In this document: positions 1-8,468 of the stretch, piece by piece
Layout of the letters: each line of letters opens with the position of its first letter
How positions within the stretch are numbered: the first letter of the stretch is position 1
Assembly: GCF_006345805.1 (NCBI RefSeq)
Contig: NW_021826807.1
Location: forward strand, 1 to 11,936
Direction: 5' to 3'
Source: Octopus sinensis
Lineage: Eukaryota
Length of the DNA stretch: 11,936 nucleotides
The notes under the pieces: generated by a model
Told to the model about the DNA's origin: nothing
Databases searched by the model: none
What the model saw: the letters and a program-made list of their open reading frames with translations, nothing else
Made by a program: the position numbers and the translations under genes

Positions 1-400
1 TCACTCATTTCCCCTCGCACCTTCACTCTTTCGCTCCCTCGAAACCTCACTCCTTCACTCCCTCCTTCATTCACTCCTTCTCTCACTCACTCACTCACTC
101 ACTCCCCCTCTCAGGCTCATTCTATAACCCAATCTTCTCTTTTTTTCTTCCCTTGACACAAACACACACACTGTGTATGTATATCTTCCTATCAATTTAC
201 CTACCTGTCTCCTTCACCCACCGCCCTACCTTCCATCCCCTACTCACCCCTTTACACCTGCCTTTCCCAATTCCCTATTCATCGATCTATCCACCCAACA
301 CCCTCCTCTCACACTGCACACACCTACCTGTCTACTACATTTCTATTTCTCTGTATATTTCATTCTCTACCTCTCTCCTCACATCATATATTACTTACAG
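1..400. repeat. Pyrimidine-rich low-complexity tract with (TCAC)n
   Basis: C/T-dominated sequence with tandem TCAC units around 82-103; no coding signal. Confidence 0.7.
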
Positions 401-433
401 ATATACACACATACATACTCATATGCGTGTATA

Positions 434-502
<69 letters not shown>

Positions 503-860
503 GTGTGTGTGTTTGTAATGTATATATAATATGTAGATAGATATAGACATAGGTTACTGTGTGCATGTATGTGTATTATATATATATATATATATAATAT
601 ATATATGTATGTACTATGTAGCATGTATGTATAATATATACACACACATATATTTACATATATATGTATATGTATATATGTGTGTCTGTGTGTGCGCGCG
701 TGCGTTGTATATAAGTATATCTACGCTTACGAATATATATATATGTATTTATATATATATATATATATACGTATATGTATGCATAAATATGTGTATTTTC
801 GTATGTATTTATATAAACGTAGTTGTATTTGTATAAAAGTGTGTGTATTTGTGTGTGTAC

Positions 861-895
<35 letters not shown>

Positions 896-900
896 TATGT
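400..900. repeat. Compound (TA)n/(TG)n microsatellite mosaic
   Basis: Near-pure (TA)n at ~430-500 and (GT)n at ~865-891, with degenerate TA/TG repeats between. Confidence 0.95.
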
Positions 901-988
901 ATTTTAAAATGCAAAATATATCTTTCCATTAAACTTTCAGTTTTGTGTCACAGCAAAAAGCAAATATTACGAAACCCACAAACAATGG

Positions 989-1025
989 TTGGTCTGATGA
1001 TTTCAGGCGAGAAACATTTCACCAA
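989..1025 (+). ncRNA. Decayed minimal type I hammerhead ribozyme motif (PLE-type)
   Basis: TTGGT(989-993) CTGATGA(994-1000) TTTCAGGCGA GAAA(1011-1014) CATTT C ACCAA(1021-1025). Stem I is a perfect 5 bp and both core boxes are present. Stem II is only ~2 bp. Stem III ACATTT is one change from palindromic ACATGT. Confidence 0.55.
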
Positions 1026-1049
1026 AATTTATTTCTCTACCGAAACCTA

Positions 1050-1600
1050 CCTTAGGACTTTACCAGACGACAGCTTCACCAACACCATTCTCACTAATCT
1101 CTTCTAGTTTACTTCATTTCCTCTCACTAGTTTTATTGTAACCACACACTGCATCTCCACCATTGATCGCCTTCCAAATGCACAAGGAGCCATATACCTG
1201 GCCGTTGCAGCTGACCTTTAAGGACACCAAACATATCTTGAATCTTTCCACACTTCCCTTTCTCTTGCTGACGGTACAAACCTCTGTTCCCCATGACAGA
1301 TATTAAATCCTTTTTGTCGAAGTACTTACGGTAGATGATTATCTGGAGCCCTTACACAAATCTTTGACCACCACCACCACTATCACCTGCACCACCTCCA
1401 TTACTAATATCAACACAAAAATATGGGCCTCTTTAGCTACATGGACGATTTTATCTGAGACACCACACTCAGCAAGGAGCAACTCGCTAGCTTCATCTCT
1501 AAAACTAATTTGTTTTACTCTGCACTAGAATTCAGTTGTAACGATTCTAAATACTTTGCCAACTTCTTACATATATTTGTCATTATTGTTGACCTCAATA
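1050..1600 (+). mobile_element. Penelope-like retroelement reverse transcriptase remnant (frameshifted, internally deleted)
   Basis: Motifs occur in PLE order across frameshifts: LP(K)xHK 1171-1186, PGR 1197-1205, KDTKH 1220-1234, LFPM-DIKS 1284-1310, possible TKMG remnant ~1414-1428. One frame over 1429-1590 reads LFSYMDDFI*DTTLSKEQLASFISKTNLFYSALEFSCNDSKYFANFLHIFV, matching the PLE RYxDD...L..F....N.F...L.F......FLD pattern. The left boundary is approximate. Confidence 0.75.
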
Positions 1601-1748
1601 AGGCGACGAGCTGGCAGAATCGTTAGCACGCTGGACCAAACGCTATTTCGCCCGTCGCAACGTTCTGAGTTCAAAATGTGTTGAGACCGACTTTACCTTC
1701 CATTCTTTAGGGAGTCGATAAATTAAGTACCAGTTGAGTGGAGAGCAC
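1601..1748 (+). mobile_element. tRNA-type SINE family A, copy 1 (3'-truncated)
   Basis: GAGCTGGCAGAATCGTTAGCA...GTTCTGAGTTCAAA...CGACTTT...GTCGATAAATTAAGTACCAGT. Aligns by eye with the reverse complements of 7501-7700 and 11470-11680. B-box-like GAGTTCAAA. Confidence 0.85.
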
Positions 1749-1839
1749 AATGTATGTTCATTCTATTTATTATTGCATTATTTGCATACGTACTGGGTTT
1801 GCTGCCTCCAGCCTACGGTACCCTGCTATCCGTTCTCTT

Positions 1840-1975
1840 CAACTATCAAATACTTTCCTGATTATCCGACCATGCCAAGGAGGCAAACCTTTTGCAACAG
1901 TTCTACTCGACACTCTATTCCAATTTCCTTTATATTCCTCTCGAAGCCTTCTGATACTGTTCCCAAGGACCCAAC
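1840..1975 (+). mobile_element. Possible continuation of the PLE ORF (thumb region) beyond the SINE
   Basis: One frame reads KYFPDY...STRHSIPISFIFL, loosely like the PLE YLxY.S.HP...K.SIPYSQF motif. Weak similarity. Confidence 0.3.
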
Positions 1976-2046
1976 AACAATTGGGTCCTTCACCTTTCTT
2001 CACCTTTCTCATTTTCCATAAGAGGGTTGTTTTTATCTATTTTTCG

Positions 2047-2047
<1 letters not shown>

Positions 2048-2095
<48 letters not shown>

Positions 2096-2175
2096 ACTAG
2101 TAGTAGTTAGTGTAGTAGTAGTAGTAGTGGCAGCAGCCAGCAGCAACAGCGGCAACAGCAGCAGAAGCAGCAGCA
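2048..2175. repeat. Compound trinucleotide microsatellite (ATT)n-(GTA)n-(GCA)-rich
   Basis: Directly visible tandem units. Confidence 0.95.
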
Positions 2176-2283
2176 ATTTACACCTAACACTACGTAATCC
2201 ATCATGTTAGATGCTTTTCTCTCACCCAAAGTGGTGCCAACATATTTTTATATATTCAGCTTCGCCAGCGTCATGAGAACAGA

Positions 2284-2362
2284 TTGTTGCTGTTGCTGTT
2301 GTTGTTGTTGTTGTTGTTGTCATCATCATCATCGTCATTATTGTTGTTGTTGTTGTTGTTGT
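2284..2362. repeat. (TGT)n/(CAT)n microsatellite
   Basis: Directly visible tandem units. Confidence 0.95.
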
Positions 2363-2559
2363 TATTTCAGGCTGTATAACATTCCCTACTCAATCACACG
2401 ATCCATGATTAATAAGCAGATTGAGTCATTCAGTCCTTGCATCGCAATTTGAAGGTTGTTGACTCAATGCAATATGCTGTTGATATGGGATGACAGCCGG
2501 TCTCTGATCGTCGTCGTTAGGAGGGGGGGATAATCTGATTAACAGATGCGACCAGCTAA

Positions 2560-2650
2560 TATGATGGCGATGATGATGATGACGACGACGATGATGATGA
2601 TTATGATGATAATGATGATGATGATGATAATGATGATGATGACTACTATG
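2560..2650. repeat. Degenerate (GAT)n/(GAC)n microsatellite
   Basis: Directly visible; explains the poly-M and poly-I ORFs in the track. Confidence 0.9.
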
Positions 2651-4382
2651 ACAAAGAAGATTATCATAAGCGCCATGGTAACGATAATAACGTTTATAAT
2701 ACTAAAGCTAATAATACAAACGAGAAAGTCCTCATCCGCCAGAGGAGCGCTGGAGGAGGGAACATTACGAGAAGAAATTATGAATTTGACGGATGGGATA
2801 TATATTATGTTGAACAACAGACAAGAAAAACAAGCATAATAAATAAAAAAAAACAAAAAGGGGAGTTTTTGGGGTCAATAAGACAACTCCAAATATTCTG
2901 GATTCGTTTCGATATCAAAACTAGTTGCTTCATCCTACCTAAGTTCTCAAGTCTGTAAATGCACATCGAGTGCATGCTCATTCACTCGAGTCACACTCGC
3001 CACTCTCACTTAATATTCCAGTAAATTTAGTGCAGGACAGAACATAGGCCTCGAATGAATGAACGGGGACACCACATCTATATCTTTCCCCTCGCAATCT
3101 CTTTCGCGACAACCGCCGATTCATAGGAATTAAAGATTCTTCCAAAGCAAAGAAATGAGAAATTGCCATCAACTCGATGGAATCGGTTAAAAGCTGATTC
3201 TATCAGACACGTGATAACAACTATTCAACCGAACTCTCAAAGTTAGTTCTACGCAGACAGACATGTCGAATAATTCCTTTCCTTGGGTGCAAGTCTGACG
3301 GGTCTCGATCATAAGGCATTCTCCCTTGCGTAGGATTTTCCCCTGATAACTCTTCCCAGTCGGAGGTTTCCCGAAGTTTTCCCTTAATCCTCTGGTTGAA
3401 TATCCGACAGAAAACATTACTTAATTTTCGACGAGGCCTGAATCGCTAGAGATGATAGCTTTGATCATATTATTATGATGATGATCATTATTATTATTAT
3501 TATTATTATTACGTGAAACCGTGAACAAGTTTCACATAATAATAATAAAACGCCTCACACTAAAACCAACACACACACACATAAACACACGCTCAACATT
3601 TTGTCCTGTGCCGTCCATACTCGTTCGAGATAATCATTTTTATTACTATTGAACATCTTTAGAATACAAATATTGATGTATCACGTAATGTCTAGGGCCT
3701 CTGCAAGCGCTTGACAACATTCCGGATAACAGAAGACCAAACCTGTCCTTCACCTAGCTCTCAAATGAGATTCTATGTGAAGCATTGATGTCTAAAATAA
3801 TCTGAAACAAATAATTCGAAACTGATACTTCATGTGTTGCGATGATGTCACTGCAAATACGGAAGTTTTTAAATAAAATTTTGATCACACCATTTCGTGA
3901 TCTTTTGTAAAATGGTTCAGGTTTTGGCGCTAAAATTATTGATTCGATTTGATTGCCGACAACCATTTCGTATAATTAAGGACACTGACAGAAATACTAT
4001 CGAAAAATTTGTTACGACCTGTTCTTCATTTAGGGATGATGAAGCGAAAATTTACCATAAATGCTTCACTTTAGGACAAAGAAGAGTCGAGAATGGTGTG
4101 GTTTTCCTGTTTCGTGGCTTCGAAGTTGGAAGTCATTTCTGAACTCTGATGACAGAGATTAGCTTCGAAATATTGTTAGGGTTGTATTGAAAGAACGTGG
4201 AAAGAAGATGATGGCAGTTCATTTGATTCTGCAAACTTTACAGATTCAGTAATGCAGTTCTTTACCATTTCTGCTGCTGATTCCATAAATGAGGAAATTA
4301 TCCAATATATTTTATGGAGAAACAGTAAAAAAAAAACAAAAAAATCCCTGTAATGATGGAGTCAAGCAGTGAATTTATCAAT

Positions 4383-4546
4383 ACACACACACACACACAC
4401 ACACACAACACTCTCTCTCTCTCTTTATATATATATATATATATATAGGTGTGTGTGTGTGTTTATATAAGTACACATATATATTACATATATTACACAC
4501 TACATATTCATTCATTTACACACACACCCACACACCACACACACAC

Positions 4547-4588
<42 letters not shown>

Positions 4589-4690
4589 ACTTACTTGGAA
4601 GTGGATGCATGGCGTTCGATCATATAACAATAATATTAATATATAAAAAATATGCATATATACATACATATGTACATACCTACATATATA

Positions 4691-4745
<55 letters not shown>

Positions 4746-4755
4746 TATATATACA
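4383..4755. repeat. (CA)n/(CT)n/(TA)n compound microsatellites
   Basis: Directly visible tandem units with short interruptions. Confidence 0.9.
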
Positions 4756-4989
4756 TGCATGTATTGGTACAGGACAATCAAAAACACGTAGACAAACTGA
4801 GAAACGAGAACATAAAAAAAAGCAAAACATAGAAAACGAACTTTTTTCGAAATACGGAAGAAACAAACAGAGAAACAAGAAAGGCAACATAAAGAACATT
4901 CCCTTCATCAGTTGTCTCCAACTGAAGCTAATATATATAATATAATATATATATATATATTATATATATATAATATTATATACACATAA

Positions 4990-5292
4990 AAGACAAGGTC
5001 GAAAATTGCTAAACTAATTTTATCATGAAAAACATTTTAGTAACGGTTTCAGTTTTTTTTGCTCGTGTGGTTTCTAGAACCCACAAGAGAGTCAGAGACA
5101 GACAGGAAAAAATAGGAAAATGCCCCTTTCATTTGAAAACTACGGAATAATTCTTTAAAAACTTTTCATTTAATTTTTCCACAATTAAATTTTTGTTCAT
5201 GCTTTACTGTAAGTTGAAAGAGTCGCAAAGGGTGAAACCGGTTCTAAAATGTTCTTCATGATAAAATTACTTTAGCATTTTTACCTTGTCTT
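4990..5292. repeat. Inverted repeat, ~60-bp arms (4990-5051 and 5233-5292), flanked by (TA)n
   Basis: Left arm AAGACAAGGTCGAAAATTGCTAAACTAATTTTATCATGAAAAACATTTTAGTAACGGTTTCA versus reverse complement of right arm AAGACAAGGTAAAAATGCTAAAGTAATTTTATCATGAAGAACATTTTAGAACCGGTTTCA: 5 mismatches plus a 2-nt gap by hand alignment. Confidence 0.9.
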
Positions 5293-5335
5293 ATTTTCCT
5301 TATACATATCAACTCGTGTGTTTACTTTTCAACCT

Positions 5336-5410
5336 TATATATATTATATATATATATAGATATCTAATACTTTATATAATATATATATATATTATATATA
5401 TAATATACTG

Positions 5411-5450
<40 letters not shown>

Positions 5451-5510
5451 TATTATATAATATATATATATATATATATATACTGTATATATAATATATA
5501 TATATATAGA

Positions 5511-5541
<31 letters not shown>

Positions 5542-5604
5542 GACTGTATATAATATAATATATATATATATATATATACTGTATATATATATATATAATA
5601 TATA

Positions 5605-5700
<96 letters not shown>
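5336..5700. repeat. Long interrupted (TA)n array
   Basis: ~360 bp of TA with recurring ACTG interruptions at 5407, 5482, 5543, 5578 and 5654. Confidence 0.95.
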
Positions 5701-5702
<2 letters not shown>

Positions 5703-5787
5703 ATAATAAATATTAGGGAATCAAATCCCAATTTACAGGGAAAAAATCAGATTTAGGATTAAATCCCAATTTTATAGTAAAATATTA

Positions 5788-6060
5788 TATAATATTAATT
5801 AGAGACAAAACCACTATTTTGCAAACAAACAAGGAAAGACTTAATCAATACATAAAAATTTAATAAAAAGTCAAAAAACCGCCACTACAATTGTTTCTTG
5901 TCCTGATCGACAATCTTCAGGTGGACTTCCAATTTTCAAGTCAGTTTCAAATTATGAAGTGGCGTTTTTTGACTTTTTATTTAAAATTTTATGTATTGAT
6001 TAAGTCTTTCCTTGTTTGTTTTGCAAAATAGTGGTTTTGTCTCTAATTTAATATATTATA
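5788..6060. repeat. Long inverted repeat, ~95-100-bp arms (5788-5886 and 5958-6060), ~70-bp spacer; likely PLE pseudo-LTR-type structure
   Basis: Core AATTAGAGACAAAACCACTATTTTGC...AATAAAAAGTCAAAAAACCGCCACT (5797-5886) matches the reverse complement of 5958-6048 with about 4 differences. The PLE interpretation rests on the hammerhead in the spacer. Confidence 0.9.
5882..5924 (-). ncRNA. Minimal type I hammerhead ribozyme motif with intact core
   Basis: Minus strand: CCAC CUGAAGA UUGUC GAUCAG GACAA GAA ACAAUUGU A GUGG. Stem I 4 bp, stem II 5 bp with a 6-nt loop, palindromic stem III ACAAUUGU, GUA cleavage triplet. Predicted cut between 5886 and 5885. Confidence 0.8.
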
Positions 6061-6080
6061 TATATATATATATATATATA

Positions 6081-6162
<82 letters not shown>
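6051..6162. repeat. (TA)n microsatellite
   Basis: Directly visible. Confidence 0.95.
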
Positions 6163-6167
<5 letters not shown>

Positions 6168-6402
6168 AACACAGACGCATACCCACATGTGCGTTTGTAT
6201 TTGTAGTGCATGTGTGTGTGTTTTTGTGTGTAACCATGTATATGTGTATGTCAAAGAAATGATTAGTAGTAAAATAGTGCCGTTCCTTTCGGTCTCCTAT
6301 TTATTAAACGATAACATACAACAATTTCACACACACACATTCATAGTGAAACACAGATACTGAGAGACAAGGAACGCAGAATAGGAACTTAACGGGTTAA
6401 TG

Positions 6403-6444
6403 AGAGAGAGGCGGGACAGAGAACGAGAGAAATACAGTGAGAAA

Positions 6445-6482
<38 letters not shown>

Positions 6483-6520
6483 CAGAGACAGAGACAGACA
6501 GACAGACAGAGAGAGAGAGG
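6403..6520. repeat. (GA)n/(GAGACA)n/(GACA)n compound repeat
   Basis: Directly visible. Confidence 0.95.
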
Positions 6521-7500
6521 CTAACATAATGAGAGAAAACAAAAGAGGAAGATATGAAAGGTGGAGTACGGACAGATACTAACAGACGTGCAAACAGTCA
6601 TACAGACACGCCCACTCGCGCGCATGCACGTGCACACACAGACACACACACACACACAGATAGTCTTACAAGGAGCCAATCATTGGAAACTATTTCATAA
6701 AGCAAACTTTTACCATTCCATTTATGTTTGTGCTTCAATTGTTTTTCAATATTTAATAAATAAAATATTTTGAAAGGTTTTGTCTCTTTTTTTTTTTGTT
6801 TTGTTTTGTTTTTGTTATCCAGTGGAACAGTAAAATGTTTCGAAGCACACGAAATTATTCACCAGCAATGGACTATTATTTTACAGTGTTTAATATATCT
6901 AATACCATTACAAGCGGTCTCTTATTTCCTTATTTGTTATCTCTGGAGACGCAATGAGAAACCATTTAGAAATTTATTGGAACGCTGCCAAACCATTTCG
7001 TCTTTCTTCATTTTATTTCTCCCTTTTTTTTTTTCGAAAAAATCTTTGAAAAACTTTTTTGTTCCTCGCTTCCTTCATTCCTTCTTTCTTTCCTTTCTTT
7101 TTTATGTCTTTTCAAAAGACAAACAAATTAAAAAAGTTTACTTTAAAAAAAAATTCTTTAAAATGAACAAACAAAAAAATTAATCTGATATGCCAGTATT
7201 ATAACACGTAATTAGAATTTGGCGAAATAAAAACCATAAGTAAATAAAAGCAGAAAGAATGCTAGAATCGGGAGAGGGAATTATGTGGTAGGAATTGGTA
7301 AGTTACTGAAGAATTTTACCTCTTGGTATTTAGGCTACATTTCTTTAGGTTCTGGTGTCAAATCTAACCATTTTCGATTTCTTGAGTTCCAAATAGATTC
7401 AAATAAACAATCCTGTACCGAAGATGCAGGTGAAGGATGAGACAAAAGAAAGCGGTGGCCCAGCTTCCCTATGATCCAATAACTGAAATTAGGGAAACAG

Positions 7501-7700
7501 TGACTTCAAATTTTAGCACAAGGCCAGCAATTTCGGGTTAAGTCGATTTAATTGATTCAAGTGCTCGACTGATACTTTCTTTCTCGCCCCCGAAACGATG
7601 AAAGACAAAGTCGATCTCGGCGGAATTTGAGCTCAGAACGTAAGGGCGGATCAAATGCCGCAAAGCATTTTACCCGGCTTGCTAACGATTCTGCCAGCCG
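7501..7700 (-). mobile_element. tRNA-type SINE family A, copy 2
   Basis: Reverse complement reads GGCTGGCAGAATCGTTAGCAAGCCGGG...GTTCTGAGCTCAAATTCCGCCGAGATCGACTTT...GGCCTTGTGCTAAAATTTGAA; homologous to 1601-1748 and 11470-11680. Confidence 0.85.
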
Positions 7701-8027
7701 GAAAAAAGGTTAAATAAACTAATATGAAATTTCTGCGCAATGTTGAAGAAGTTGGTTTCCTTTTTCAGTTAACCGCCCTATATCGCGGAGTTTATTGATC
7801 TTGCTCCACCCGCCACTTCCTCCGGTATTTATGGACAGCTATGTGACATGCTGGACGGCAAAGGGCTGCTAGGCCCTAGGCCAAACTTACTCTGTTTTTG
7901 TAAGAACAGGGACATTATATATATGTGTACACTTAAAAGTACCCGTGCGCGCGCACACATGGGTGTGTGATTGTGGTGAAAATTTCCCGGTTTTAAAGTT
8001 ATCGCAAAAGTCCCGATTGGTGGCCGA

Positions 8028-8186
8028 ATGTTCCGAGTTCTTTTACAGGGCTTAGAAAAACTGAATGACCGCTGCAATAAGTGTGTGAATCTCAGTGGTG
8101 AATACGATGAATAAAATCATAATTAACTGATTCTCCCCTATTTTCTTTTACCCAAAACCAGAAACTTTTCTGAAGTCTCTCGTGTA
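8028..8186 (+). mobile_element. Mariner (Tc1/mariner) transposon 3' end: transposase C-terminus, stop codon and terminal inverted repeat
   Basis: 8046-8114 reads QGLEKLNDRCNKCVNLSGEYDE*, matching the mariner C-terminal G...L..RW.KC....G.Y.E* pattern. The end (...AACTTTTCTGAAGTCTCTCGTG, then TA) reverse-complements to an ACGAG...TTCAGAAAAGT TIR-like sequence abutting TA. Confidence 0.75.
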
Positions 8187-8199
8187 TATATATATATAT

Positions 8200-8230
<31 letters not shown>
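8183..8230. repeat. (TA)n microsatellite
   Basis: Directly visible. Confidence 0.95.
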
Positions 8231-8239
8231 GGGTTGGCC

Positions 8240-8302
8240 AGATAACCGAAGAGATGGTGTTGTGGATTTCCACTTCGGCATCTGAAACTCAGAGTTTTAT
8301 CT
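8240..8302 (+). ncRNA. Variant type I hammerhead-like motif (CCGAAGA core)
   Basis: AGATAA(8240-8245) CCGAAGA(8246-8252) GATG...GTGG ATTT CCAC...CATC T GAAA(8284-8287) CTCAGAGT T TTATCT(8297-8302). Stem I 6 bp; stem II GATG/CATC plus an inner GTGG/CCAC hairpin; stem III ACTC-A-GAGT; GUU triplet. Deviations: C at core position 4 and one extra T before GAAA. Confidence 0.6.
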
Positions 8303-8405
8303 TGACTATTGAGTAAATGTGACATATTATTTTATAGATAAATTTCCTCTATTTACACAATATTGAGGTCTCTTTCTTTCTTTTGTTATCTTACCGTTTT
8401 TGCCG

Positions 8406-8407
<2 letters not shown>

Positions 8408-8464
<57 letters not shown>
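8408..8464. repeat. (TA)n microsatellite
   Basis: Directly visible. Confidence 0.95.

Positions 8465-8468
<4 letters not shown>

Noticed and set aside
153-929. Many overlapping Y/I/C/V-rich ORFs (same pattern at 4609-4945, 5453-5731, 6012-6254, 8327-8625, 9113-9343, 10061-10626)
   Set aside because: They are translations of (TA)n/(CA)n repeats, which lack stop codons.
2539-2958. Poly-M ORF 2546-2839, poly-I ORF on the minus strand, and an ATG-less Asp-rich open frame 2560-2958
   Set aside because: Three frames are open at once because of the degenerate (GAT)n repeat; no recognisable domain or splice context.
4030-4200. Minus-strand reading QYNPNNISKLISVIRVQK*LPTS...FSTL...SSLNEEQV, faintly like a hAT dimerisation domain
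   Set aside because: Key ERxFS residues are absent and stops intervene; the similarity is too weak to call.
4178-4325. Open frame GCIERTWKEDDGSSFDSANF... after TTGTTAG, as a possible exon
   Set aside because: Poor polypyrimidine tract, weak donor and no recognised homology.
4757-4930. TA-flanked island with CTGATGA on the minus strand (4911-4905)
   Set aside because: No stem II followed by GAAA and no closing stems, so not a hammerhead. Probably an unclassified interspersed repeat.
6770-7183. 137-aa F/K/L-rich ORF
   Set aside because: Arises from T- and A-run low-complexity sequence with a TTG start; no domain features.
7306-7450. Isolated CTGAAGA (7306-7312) and CCGAAGA (7418-7424) boxes
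   Set aside because: No complementary stems I, II or III around them; expected by chance.
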